This document shows positions 17,115 through 26,338 of a stretch of 64,000 nucleotides of DNA, one piece after another. The stretch's first letter is position 1. Each line of letters begins with the position of its first letter. The translations under genes and the position numbers were made by a program. A model generated the notes under the pieces. The model was not told where the DNA came from and did not search any database. It worked only from the letters and a program-made list of their open reading frames with translations. The stretch is taken from positions 3,807 to 67,806 of the forward strand of contig JACQFA010000002.1 of the NCBI GenBank assembly GCA_016200255.1, given 5' to 3'. The DNA comes from Nitrospirota bacterium. GTDB taxonomy: Bacteria; Nitrospirota; Nitrospiria; JACQBZ01.

Positions 17115-18182
17115 TTATTCCGCCGGTCTTGTTTTCGATTCCTCCGGGACGATCGGGAGGGTCATCTTTTCGGTCCGCCGGATGATCGTCAGGGAGGCCG
17201 TCGCCCCGACCGCATTTTCGGTCAAGGCCTTGTGAAGGTCGTCGATGCCGGAGATCGGCCGGCGGTCGTAACCCACGATCAGATCCCCCTCCAGCAGTCC
17301 GGATTTCTGCGCCGGACTGTCCGGCTCGATCGAGACGACCAGAACACCGCTGTCCACCTCCAGATTGTAAAACCGAACGACGCGTCGGTGCAGCGGGACG
17401 TTCTGTCCGGCCACGCCGATGGTGCCCCGCCGGATCCGGCCGTCCTTGATCAGCCGGGCCGCGACGAACTTGGCCGTATCGATCGCGAGCGCAAAACAGA
17501 TTCCCTGCGCGCCCATGATCATGGCCGAATTCACGCCGATCACCTCCCCGCGCGAGTTGACGAGCGGCCCGCCGGAATTCCCGGGGTTCAACGCGGCGTC
17601 CGTCTGGATCACGTTGTCGATCAGCCGGCCCGTCCGCGACCGGAGCGAGCGGCCCAGCGCGCTGACGACGCCGGCCGTGACGGTGGTCTGAAAGCCGTAG
17701 GGGTTGCCGATCGCGATCGCCAGCTGGCCCGGCCGGATGGATCGGGAATCCCCGAGCACGGCGGGCGTCAGGTTCGCGGCCGAGATCCGGATCACGGCCA
17801 GATCCGTTTCGGGATCGTCGCCGACGATATCGGCCACAAACCGTCCTCCGTCCGAGATCGTCACCTCGATTTCGGCCGCCCCGTGCACGACGTGGCTGTT
17901 CGTCATGATCAGGCCGTCCTTCGTGAAGATGAAACCGGAGCCGGTGCCGCGGGGCTCCCGCGGGCGGCGGGGATCGATCAGAGCCTTTCCCCGCTGCGCC
18001 TGATGCACCTCGATATAGACGACGGAAGGACTGACCGCATCGGCCGCGGCGATCACCGACCGCGAATAGGCGTCGAGAAGATGATGATCCGCATCGGGAG
18101 ATGACTCCGGGGCCGGTTTCTCGACCGCTTCAAGGCCGTTCGTCGATTCATTTTGGGATACCCATTCCAGAGTTCGATTCAT
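17115..18182 (-). CDS. HtrA/DegP-family S1C serine protease with one PDZ domain, no signal peptide
   Basis: Catalytic triad contexts 'TNSHVV', 'DLAVIR' and 'GNSGGPL' are present, with a C-terminal PDZ ('GVLVVSIEPDSPAQKSGLLEGDLIV'). The ATG at 18182 is preceded by AAGGAGG. The listed extension to 18491 is Arg/Gly/Pro-rich junk. Confidence 0.85.
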   Translation of the reverse strand: MNRTLEWVSQNESTNGLEAVEKPAPESSPDADHHLLDAYSRSVIAAADAVSPSVVYIEVHQAQRGKALIDPRRPREPRGTGSGFIFTKDGLIMTNSHVVHGAAEIEVTISDGGRFVADIVGDDPETDLAVIRISAANLTPAVLGDSRSIRPGQLAIAIGNPYGFQTTVTAGVVSALGRSLRSRTGRLIDNVIQTDAALNPGNSGGPLVNSRGEVIGVNSAMIMGAQGICFALAIDTAKFVAARLIKDGRIRRGTIGVAGQNVPLHRRVVRFYNLEVDSGVLVVSIEPDSPAQKSGLLEGDLIVGYDRRPISGIDDLHKALTENAVGATASLTIIRRTEKMTLPIVPEESKTRPAE

Positions 18183-18320
18183 GGGAGTCCTCCTTTTGTT
18201 TGCCGTGTCTTTTGAGAATAAGCCCGCGCTTGTTCTTGTGTCAAGGCCCGGGCCGATCCGGCTTCGGCCAGGGCTCGACTGGAACTTGACCCAAAGGCCC
18301 CTCCCGTTGGACAATGCCAT

Positions 18321-21300
18321 ATGGAATCGTTTCACCCGCTCATCACAAAATGGTTCGCGCTTAGGTTCAGCGGGCCGACCGAGGCACAGCGGCTCGGCTG
18401 GCCGTCGATTCTCGAAGGCCGCGATACACTGATTGCCGCTCCCACCGGCTCGGGCAAGACGCTGGCTGCGTTTCTGGCTTGTCTCGACCATCTGGTCCGC
18501 AACGGGATTTCGGGCGAGCTTACCGATCGGACGCAGGTTGTTTACATCTCGCCGTTAAAAGCGCTGAGCAATGACATTCAGCGGAACCTTCAGTCGCCGC
18601 TTTCCGAGATCCGCGCGTTGGCCCATCAGGAGGGAATTCCTCTTCCCGAAATCCGTGTTCTGGTCCGGACGGGCGATACTCCTGCGTCCGAGCGTCAGGC
18701 GATGACCCGCCGCCCGCCGCATATTCTGGTCACGACGCCCGAATCGCTCTACCTGTTGCTTACGGCCGAGAAAAGCCGGAAGATGCTTCGGTCGGTCGAG
18801 ACCGTGATTCTGGACGAAATCCATGCCGTCGCGCGGGACAAGCGGGGATCGCATCTGGCGCTTTCGATCGAGCGGCTGGATCATCTTTGCGAAAAACGTC
18901 CCATGCGGATCGCTCTTTCGGCCACGCAGCGGCCGATCGAGGAGATGGCGCGGTTTCTGGTGGGGTCGAAGCGCATCGATACGGACGGTCTGCCGGACTG
19001 CGCGATCATCGATGTCGGACATCTGCGCGAGCTGGACCTTGCGATCGAATCGCCCAAGACGCCGTTATCGGCCGTCTGTTCCAATGAACAATGGAAAGAG
19101 GTTTATGAACGGGTGGCCGAATTAATCAACGCGCATCGGAGCACCCTGATCTTCGTCAACACGCGCCGCCTGGCCGAGCGGGTGACGCATCAACTGTCCG
19201 AGCTTCTCGGAGAGGACGCGGTCGCTTCGCATCACGGGAGTCTTTCGAAAAAAATCCGGCTTCGGGCCGAGGAGCGTCTTAAGACCGGGGGGCTCAAGGC
19301 CGTCGTGGCAACGGCCTCGCTGGAGTTGGGGATCGATATCGGCTTCATCGATCTCGTGATCCAGATCGGAAGCCCGCGCTCGATCGCGGTCTTTCTACAA
19401 CGCATCGGCCGGTCGGGCCATGCGCTGGGCGTGATTCCGAAGGGACGGCTGTTTGCACTGACGCGGGACGAGCTTCTGGAATGCGGGGCGCTGATCCGTG
19501 CCGTGAGGGCGAAACGACTGGACCGTATCGAACTCCCGAAAGCGCCGCTGGATATACTGGCACAGCAGATCGTGGCGGCCGCGGCTTGCGAGGATTGGAA
19601 CGAGAAGGAGTTGTTTGAACTGGTTCGCGGCGCCTTTCCCTACCGCGATCTGAGCCGTTCTGACTTTGATGTTGTGATCGAAATGCTTTCGGAGGGTTTT
19701 GCGACCCGATCCGGCCGGTTCTCCGCCTATCTCCATCGCGACGGGGTTCACCATCGGGTCAAGGCCAGGCGCGGTGCGCGTCTCACGGCGCTTACTTCGG
19801 GCGGCGCGATTCCGGAGCGGGCCGACTACAAAGTCGTGGCCGAACCGGAGCATGTCACGGTCGGCTCGGTGGACGAGGATTTCGCGGTCGAGAGCATGAG
19901 CGGGGATGTCTTCCTTCTCGGCAACACGTCGTGGCGTATACAGCATGTGCGGGGCGGCGAGGTGGTCGTGGCGGATGCGCGCGGCGCCGCGCCGACGATC
20001 CCATTCTGGCGGGGCGAGGCCCCGTCACGAACCATCGAGCTGTCACAGGAGGTCTCGGCGCTTCGTGAGGAAATCGAAAACCGGCTTCCGGATCCAAAGC
20101 AGGCCGTCGGATTTTTAATGAACGAATGCGCGATGACCGAAACGAATGCGAGGGAGGCGGTCGGCTATCTTTCGGCGCAGAAGGCTGCGGTCGGGATGAT
20201 TCCGACCCAGAGCCATCTCTTGATCGAACGGTTCTTCGACGAGTCGGGCGGAATGGAGCTCATCATCCATTCGCCGTTCGGCGGCCGGATCAATCGCGCG
20301 CTGGGGTTGACGCTTCGAAAGCGGTTCTGCCGCCGCTTCGATTTCGAGCTGCAGGCCTCCGCGGACGACAACGGCGTCGTACTTTCGCTCGGGCCTCAGC
20401 AAAGTTTTCCGCTGGATGAAATTCCCCGGATGGTCCCGGCCGATCAGGCCGGCCATCTCTTGATGCAGGCCGTTCTTCCGTCGCCGTTTTTCACGGTCCG
20501 GTGGCGGTGGAACGCGACGCGCGCGCTGGCGGTGCTGCGAAATCGCGGCGGAAAGAAAGTCCCTCCGGCGCTTCAGCGGTTTCGTTCGGATGACCTGCTC
20601 ACGGCCGTCTTTCCGGCCGTCACGGCCTGTCCCGAAAACGACATGGCCGGCCCGGACATTTCTATCCCGGACCACCCGCTTGTACGGCAGACAATGCATG
20701 ACGCGCTTCACGAAGCGATGGATCTCGACGGGCTGGTCCGGCTCTTGGAAGAAATTCAGACGGGGAAGATACGCGTGACGGCGATGGACGTACGCGAACC
20801 GACGCCGTTTTCCTATTCGCTCTTAAACGCGCAGCCGTATGCCTTTCTCGACGACGCCCCGCTGGAAGAACGCCGCGCGCGCGCCGTGGCAACCCGAAGG
20901 ACGCTTTCGATCGAATCGGTCCGCGATCTCGGACGGCTCGATCCCGAGGCGATCGAAAAAGTCCGAAAAGAAGCCTGGCCGCTGGTCCGCGACGCGGATG
21001 AGCTTCATGATACGTTGCTGTCGGTCGGACTCCTTCCGGAGGACGAGGGAAAATACTGGAAGCCGTGGTTCTCCGAGTTGACCGCTTCCGGTCGTGCCAC
21101 GCGTGCCGTGGACGCCGACCGAAATATTTTCTGGGTCGCGACGGAACGATGGCCGATGGCGGCCGCGTCGCGTACGGGTTTCACGATGAATCCGATAATC
21201 ACGATTCCAACCGGTGTCCGACAAGACTGGACCGTATCCGAAGCTCGGGTCGCGCTGGTTCGAGGACGGATGGAGATCGTCGGGCCGACGACGGTCGAGG

Positions 21301-22637
21301 CCTTGTCCCGCGTGCTCGGCCTTCCGCCCCACGTGATCGAATCGTTGCTCGGCGCATTGGAAGCGGAGGGGTATGTCTTAAGGGGTCACTTTGATCCAGA
21401 CGTTACAGATACACAATGGTGCGCTCGTCGATTACTGGCCCGCATTCATCGCCTTACATTGGATTCTCTCCGTCGTCAGATGGAACCGGTCACGCCGGAG
21501 GAGCTGATTCGTTTTCTTTTGGGCTGGAACCATCTTTCACCGGACAGACAGGTGTATGGGCGTGAAGGGGTTCTGGACGTCATTGAGAAGCTTCAGGGCT
21601 TCGAGATCCCGGCCGTTTTATGGGAGCAGGAGATTCTTCGATCGCGCGTCGCGCAGTACAATCCTCGATGGCTGGATGGGATCTGTCTTTCGGGCGAGGT
21701 GGTCTGGGGACGGGTCCGTCTCGGCGCGTCGCGCGATGCCACAAAGATCCTTCCGATCACGATGATGCTTTGCGAGGATATGGACTGGCTTCGGTCGGTT
21801 GAGGCCGGGCCGGATGATTTGGGATCGGATGCGAGGCAGGTCTTCTCGATGCTGCAAACCCGCGGCGCGCTCTTCTTCAATGAGATCATTACAGCCACCC
21901 GGCTTCTTCCGACGCAGGTGGAAGAAGCCCTCTGGGAGCTGGTCGCGGCCGGGCGCGTGAGCGGGGACGGCTTCGGCGCGATTCGCTCGTTGACCTCGCC
22001 GAATCGTGATAAAGCGCAGCGACTGAGGCGTCATATCCGGCGTCGAGGGATCAAATCATTTGGGACGGCCTCACAGAGCGGACGCTGGTGGGTGATACAG
22101 CGATCCGAGGGTTCGATCGAGACCGCAGAAGCGACGCATGCGTCGCCCTTACAACAATGGGCCCATCAATTATTAATGCGTTACGGCGTTTTCTTCCGCG
22201 ATCTTCTCGCGCGTGAAGATGCCGCGCCATCCTGGCTTGAGCTGCTGCCGGTCTACCGCAGGATGGAATCCCGCGGCGAAATCCGCGGGGGGCGGTTCAT
22301 TACCGGCGTTGCGGGCGAGCAGTTCGCGCTGCCGGAGGTGGTGGATCAGTTGCGTCAAACGCGCCGCAACGAGAATGGAGGGGCGATTCAGGAGTCCCCC
22401 ATAATTGTTTCGGCCGCCGACCCGATGAACCTCGTCGGCATACTGACGCTCGGCGCAAAAGTCCCCGCCATCGCCTCCAACGCCGTGGCCTATCTCGGCG
22501 GCCGTTACGTCGGCCATCGCGTGGCCGGAGAAGTCTGGGTGGACCCGAGGCTCGATTCTGAAGTCGCCCAAAAACTCGCCCGCTCCCTCCAATCCGGCCG
22601 GTCGCATTTCAATCCGTCATATTCGCTGGAGGAATGA
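18321..22637 (+). CDS. lhr: Lhr-type large ATP-dependent DExH helicase
   Basis: 1438 aa with 'APTGSGKT' and 'LDEIHAV' (DExH). The long C-terminal extension follows a DEAD-associated region, as in E. coli Lhr. Confidence 0.9.
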   Translation: MESFHPLITKWFALRFSGPTEAQRLGWPSILEGRDTLIAAPTGSGKTLAAFLACLDHLVRNGISGELTDRTQVVYISPLKALSNDIQRNLQSPLSEIRALAHQEGIPLPEIRVLVRTGDTPASERQAMTRRPPHILVTTPESLYLLLTAEKSRKMLRSVETVILDEIHAVARDKRGSHLALSIERLDHLCEKRPMRIALSATQRPIEEMARFLVGSKRIDTDGLPDCAIIDVGHLRELDLAIESPKTPLSAVCSNEQWKEVYERVAELINAHRSTLIFVNTRRLAERVTHQLSELLGEDAVASHHGSLSKKIRLRAEERLKTGGLKAVVATASLELGIDIGFIDLVIQIGSPRSIAVFLQRIGRSGHALGVIPKGRLFALTRDELLECGALIRAVRAKRLDRIELPKAPLDILAQQIVAAAACEDWNEKELFELVRGAFPYRDLSRSDFDVVIEMLSEGFATRSGRFSAYLHRDGVHHRVKARRGARLTALTSGGAIPERADYKVVAEPEHVTVGSVDEDFAVESMSGDVFLLGNTSWRIQHVRGGEVVVADARGAAPTIPFWRGEAPSRTIELSQEVSALREEIENRLPDPKQAVGFLMNECAMTETNAREAVGYLSAQKAAVGMIPTQSHLLIERFFDESGGMELIIHSPFGGRINRALGLTLRKRFCRRFDFELQASADDNGVVLSLGPQQSFPLDEIPRMVPADQAGHLLMQAVLPSPFFTVRWRWNATRALAVLRNRGGKKVPPALQRFRSDDLLTAVFPAVTACPENDMAGPDISIPDHPLVRQTMHDALHEAMDLDGLVRLLEEIQTGKIRVTAMDVREPTPFSYSLLNAQPYAFLDDAPLEERRARAVATRRTLSIESVRDLGRLDPEAIEKVRKEAWPLVRDADELHDTLLSVGLLPEDEGKYWKPWFSELTASGRATRAVDADRNIFWVATERWPMAAASRTGFTMNPIITIPTGVRQDWTVSEARVALVRGRMEIVGPTTVEALSRVLGLPPHVIESLLGALEAEGYVLRGHFDPDVTDTQWCARRLLARIHRLTLDSLRRQMEPVTPEELIRFLLGWNHLSPDRQVYGREGVLDVIEKLQGFEIPAVLWEQEILRSRVAQYNPRWLDGICLSGEVVWGRVRLGASRDATKILPITMMLCEDMDWLRSVEAGPDDLGSDARQVFSMLQTRGALFFNEIITATRLLPTQVEEALWELVAAGRVSGDGFGAIRSLTSPNRDKAQRLRRHIRRRGIKSFGTASQSGRWWVIQRSEGSIETAEATHASPLQQWAHQLLMRYGVFFRDLLAREDAAPSWLELLPVYRRMESRGEIRGGRFITGVAGEQFALPEVVDQLRQTRRNENGGAIQESPIIVSAADPMNLVGILTLGAKVPAIASNAVAYLGGRYVGHRVAGEVWVDPRLDSEVAQKLARSLQSGRSHFNPSYSLEE

Positions 22638-22757
22638 CGATCGGTTGACTCGGTGGGGGAAGAGGAGTATAGAGAAAAGGTAAATTCTTGAAGCCTGCCG
22701 TCCACTCGCGGCGATTCGGATTGGGAACCTTGAAAGATTCAAAGGGGAGGAAAGAAA

Positions 22758-23441
22758 ATGAAGATCGGCATAATCGGAACGGGCATCGTGGGGCAAACCC
22801 TCGGCGCGAAGCTTGCCGAACGGGGCCATGCGGTGATGATCGGCACCCGTGACGTGGCCAAAACCCTGGCCCGCACCGAGCCGGACGCCATGGGAAGCCC
22901 TCCCTTCAGCGTATGGACCAAACAACACCCCCATATCAAGCTCAGGACGTTTGCGGAAGCCGCGGCGCACGGCGAAGTCGTGATCAACGCCGCGTCCGGA
23001 AGCGCTTCCATCGAGGCGCTCAAAATCGCGGGCGAAGCGAATCTCCGCGGGAAAATCCTGATGGATCTTGCCAACTCGCTGGACTTCTCGAAGGGCATGC
23101 CGCCGACGTTGTCCGTGTGCAATACCGATTCCCTCGGCGAACAGATCCAACGGGCTTTCCCCAAGGCCAGGGTGGTCAAGACGCTGAACACCGTCAGCGC
23201 CGCTCTGATGGTGAACCCCCACCGGCTCGCGGACGGAGAACACGATCTGTTTGTCAGCGGCAACGACCCCGAAGCGAAGACCCAGGTCACTCATTACCTC
23301 AAGACCTGGTTCGGTTGGAAGCACGTGATTGATTTGGGCGACATCACCACCGCGCGCGGGGCCGAGATGCTCCTGCCGATCTGGCTCCGCCTGTGGGGGG
23401 CCTTCAAGACCCCGAACTTCAATTATAAAATCGTCAAGTAA
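22758..23441 (+). CDS. NADP-binding oxidoreductase, F420-dependent-NADP-reductase / P5C-reductase-like family
   Basis: 'MKIGIIGTGIVGQTLGAKLAERGH' Rossmann start; GGGGAGG RBS. The antisense 299-aa ORF is compositionally implausible. Confidence 0.8.
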   Translation: MKIGIIGTGIVGQTLGAKLAERGHAVMIGTRDVAKTLARTEPDAMGSPPFSVWTKQHPHIKLRTFAEAAAHGEVVINAASGSASIEALKIAGEANLRGKILMDLANSLDFSKGMPPTLSVCNTDSLGEQIQRAFPKARVVKTLNTVSAALMVNPHRLADGEHDLFVSGNDPEAKTQVTHYLKTWFGWKHVIDLGDITTARGAEMLLPIWLRLWGAFKTPNFNYKIVK

Positions 23442-23533
23442 CGGCCGCTTGCACGATCCGGACGCAAACTCGCTGCGGCGGGGCATAAACCTTTGACACG
23501 CTGCGGAAGGTTCCATCTCAAAGGCAGGTAAAC

Positions 23534-23845
23534 ATGGGGCAGCGGCACGCTATTGCAAACACTCTTGTTCTTCTTTTTCCTTTTATAATAGTTTTTGGTG
23601 TGGTCTTGTCGGTTTTGATTGTGAACACGGCTCCCACTTTCTGGCTTTTTGGCGTTCCGGCGTTCTATGGATTTGGATTTTTGCTTTTTCTGCGTGCGAA
23701 GCTTTCAGTCATGAGAACGGGGAAGCTAATTTCTTTCGGTTCTAAAAAGATGTCTCCGGGTTACCGCTTGTTGTACCGCTCAGGATATTTTATTATGGTG
23801 CTGAGCGTCTTTCTTACTCTTGGTTTGCTAATATCCGGATATTGA
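23534..23845 (+). CDS. hypothetical membrane protein (3 TM) in an AT-rich islet
   Basis: 103-aa ORF with three hydrophobic helices. The local sequence is clearly more AT-rich than its flanks. Confidence 0.5.
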   Translation: MGQRHAIANTLVLLFPFIIVFGVVLSVLIVNTAPTFWLFGVPAFYGFGFLLFLRAKLSVMRTGKLISFGSKKMSPGYRLLYRSGYFIMVLSVFLTLGLLISGY

Positions 23846-23933
23846 GTCGAATCCGGAAGGTTGAAGGCGATGGCTTCGCTCAAATACGGATGTTATAAGA
23901 AAGATCACGCCCACCTTGAATCGGAGGAAGCCC

Positions 23934-25301
23934 GTGGATAAGATCAAGCCGCCCATTGAAAAGGATGTGCTTCACCGCCTTCATGAGCGGCCGAAGAAAT
24001 ACCTGGAGGAATGGCTGGATTTCCCGGCCCATGTCCTTCACGCCTCCTACCGTATGGAAAACCCGCCCGTCCAACGGCCCCAAAGCCGGATGGAATTCCT
24101 CCAACTTCTGCAGGGTCTGAAGATTCCGGAAACCCATGCCGTGGTGGCCGAGAAGTTCGGGTACGGCGTCCGGGTGGAGGCCAACGGCGATCGGTTCGTG
24201 GCGGTCTGGGAGGCCCACACCGAATATTACAGCTATCAGGTCTGGCATGTTCCGGACGACAAAACCATCCTTCCGGAATTCGGACCGTTCCCTTTTCCGC
24301 AGGCCCCGTTTCCGGTCCAGCCGCTCGGCACGAGGGTCAACGCGCTGGATATCGTCGTATCGCCGGAGCGGTCGGTGCCTCCCGATCTGATCCGGGATCT
24401 GCTTCCCGGGCCGCACGTCTACGGAAGCCGCGTCTTCGGCGAGGAGATCTCGATCGCCACCAGTTTCACGCCGGATGACCTTCTGCGCGAGCGTTATTTG
24501 ATCTTCTCGGACTCTCGCAAGGCGCTGCTTCGTCATCTGGCCAGGGTCATCGACGGCATCGTGACGATCGAGAACTACTATCACCTGCTGCTGCTTCCCT
24601 TTCCGGAATTCGCGAAGGCCGTCGACCGGATTCATGAACTGGAGCAGAATCATCTGATTCAGCGCAGCCGGATCACCGAAAAACTCGGGGCGACGGAGTC
24701 CAAGGCCCTTCAGGAATGGCTCAGCCGGCTGACGATCGATTTCATGGAGGTCAGCCGGTTTGCGGAGTCCTTGCGCTATCGCCTGTCCGCTTCGGTCCCG
24801 TACAATGCGATCATTCATGCCACGGTCCGGGGTTTTCAGGAACGGCCCCTGGCCCCGTTCCTTCCCCTCTCGGACTATGTGTTGGGAGGAATCTCGGGAG
24901 TGGCCGACGGATACCAGCAGCTGATGAAACGGATCGAGGCGATCGAGTCCGATTTCCAGAGCATCATCTCGGTGATCCGGACGCAGGTCAATCTGATCCA
25001 GCAGGAACAGAACCTGATTCTGGAGGATCAGAATCTCCGGCTGCTCGCCAGTGTCGACAAAACCACGAAAAGCCAGGCGATGCTGCAGCACACGGTGGAA
25101 GGGCTGTCGGTGATCGTGATCGCTTATTATCTGTCGGGACTGGCGGGCTATCTTTTCAAGGCGTTTGAGGAACTGGGCTGGATCAAAAGCGCCGTGACCG
25201 CATCTGGGCTGTTTGTTCCGATCTCCCTCGTTCTCTCGTTGACGCTGATGCTGGGGGGACGGGCCGTGATCCGCAAGCGCATGTCGTCGAAGGACGATTA
25301 A
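23934..25301 (+). CDS. uncharacterised protein with C-terminal TM hairpin (DUF3422-like, tentative)
   Basis: The GTG at 23934 is preceded by GGAGGA (the listed 23916 start is a TTG). The N-terminal 'LHRLHERP..FPAHVLHASY' and 'WEAHTEYYSYQVWH' resemble the DUF3422 family as I recall it. Two TM helices lie at the C-terminus. Confidence 0.6.
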   Translation: MDKIKPPIEKDVLHRLHERPKKYLEEWLDFPAHVLHASYRMENPPVQRPQSRMEFLQLLQGLKIPETHAVVAEKFGYGVRVEANGDRFVAVWEAHTEYYSYQVWHVPDDKTILPEFGPFPFPQAPFPVQPLGTRVNALDIVVSPERSVPPDLIRDLLPGPHVYGSRVFGEEISIATSFTPDDLLRERYLIFSDSRKALLRHLARVIDGIVTIENYYHLLLLPFPEFAKAVDRIHELEQNHLIQRSRITEKLGATESKALQEWLSRLTIDFMEVSRFAESLRYRLSASVPYNAIIHATVRGFQERPLAPFLPLSDYVLGGISGVADGYQQLMKRIEAIESDFQSIISVIRTQVNLIQQEQNLILEDQNLRLLASVDKTTKSQAMLQHTVEGLSVIVIAYYLSGLAGYLFKAFEELGWIKSAVTASGLFVPISLVLSLTLMLGGRAVIRKRMSSKDD

Positions 25302-25831
25302 GACCGTGCCGGCCCGTTCGCCGATGCCGTTTCGGACTTCCGCCAGAGCCGGATGAACTCCGGCATCTCGGGTGAAACCATGGTGATATTGAGCGAGCGC
25401 AACACCTCGGCCGTCGGGATGTTTCGATTGCGGCCCCGAAGCAGTCCTTTTACGGTGCCCGTCGCAACCAGCTCGCCTTCCCGTTCAAACCGTTGCTCGA
25501 TGAAAAACCACTTCTCATCCCAGCAAAGAATCCGGCTCTTCAATTCATAGCGCTGAAAGGGGTCGAGGGACCGGCGAAAGCGGATCGTGGCCGAGCCGAC
25601 CAGCGGGGACCATCGATGTTTTAAGGCCATCCGTCCCAGTCCCGTCCGGAGGATCAAATCGACGCGTCCGAGGTCCATGATCGTCAGGTACCGGCCGTTG
25701 TTCATGTGGCCGTTGACGTCCAGGTCGTGCGGCCAGACCCGGAAGGCGTGAACGGATTCATCGAGCGGGCCCAGTGGCCGACGGAAAAGGGAGGTGATGA
25801 GAACGAAGACAAAACGGAACCACAGGTTCAT
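25298..25831 (-). CDS. hotdog-fold acyl-CoA thioesterase family protein
   Basis: 'FRVWPHDLDVNGHMNNGRYLTIMDLGRVDL' is the 4HBT-type thioesterase motif; 177 aa. Confidence 0.8.
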   Translation of the reverse strand: MNLWFRFVFVLITSLFRRPLGPLDESVHAFRVWPHDLDVNGHMNNGRYLTIMDLGRVDLILRTGLGRMALKHRWSPLVGSATIRFRRSLDPFQRYELKSRILCWDEKWFFIEQRFEREGELVATGTVKGLLRGRNRNIPTAEVLRSLNITMVSPEMPEFIRLWRKSETASANGPARS

Positions 25832-25883
25832 CGGATTCGTCCGTGTTTTGCGTTGACGGCCGGCCGTTGTCCCTCGATCGGGC

Positions 25884-26219
25884 CTACCATTTTTTGAAAA
25901 TGAAGAAGACGGCTCCGATCATCATGGCAAATCCGACGAGGTAATTCCATTTCAGGCCTTCTTTCAGATAGACCACGGAGAAAACGCAGAAGACGATCAG
26001 GGTGATGACTTCCTGGATCGTTTTCAGTTGCGCCGCCGAAAATTGACCATGCCCGATGCGATTGGCCGGAACCTGGAAACAGTACTCGAAAAACGCGATC
26101 AGCCAGCTAATCACGATGACCTTCCAAAGCATGGAGTCCTTGTACTTGAGATGGCCGTACCAGGCGATTGTCATGAAAATGTTTGAGATCGTCAGTAGAA
26201 CGATGGTCTGCATGTTCAT
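25884..26219 (-). CDS. DMT-superfamily small membrane protein (DUF486 type)
   Basis: 'MQTIVLLTISNIFMTIAWYGHLKYKD' is the characteristic start of this ~110-aa family. The start is either 26219 (MNMQ) or 26213 (MQ). Confidence 0.8.
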   Translation of the reverse strand: MNMQTIVLLTISNIFMTIAWYGHLKYKDSMLWKVIVISWLIAFFEYCFQVPANRIGHGQFSAAQLKTIQEVITLIVFCVFSVVYLKEGLKWNYLVGFAMMIGAVFFIFKKW

Positions 26220-26338
26220 CAGTATACCAAAACGTCCCGGACCAGGCAAGAAGGGGGCCGGGCGGGAAGGATTGCAATTGTCCGGCGATCCGACTAGAAT
26301 GGCCCGCAGATTTGGGAGGAACGTCGTGCGGGCCTTGG

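Noticed and set aside
18183-18491. N-terminal 103-codon extension of the HtrA ORF, and the antisense 359-aa ORF 17025..18104
   Set aside because: The extension is Arg/Gly/Pro-rich, overlaps the lhr start region and lacks an RBS. The internal ATG at 18182 has AAGGAGG. The antisense ORF is compositional noise.
22617-23516. 299-aa minus-strand ORF overlapping the F420/NADP-oxidoreductase-like gene
   Set aside because: The plus-strand frame starts with a textbook Rossmann 'MKIGIIGTGIVG' after GGGGAGG. The minus-strand ORF has no supporting features.
23880-25091. 403-aa minus-strand ORF opposite the DUF3422-like gene
   Set aside because: The plus-strand frame has an RBS, balanced composition and a C-terminal TM hairpin. 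The minus-strand product is dominated by R/D/G/P/L runs.
25850-25861. Perfect 12-nt palindrome ACGGCCGGCCGT downstream of the DMT gene, considered as a terminator
   Set aside because: The stem is short and there is no U-run on either strand. It is more likely a chance GC-rich palindrome.
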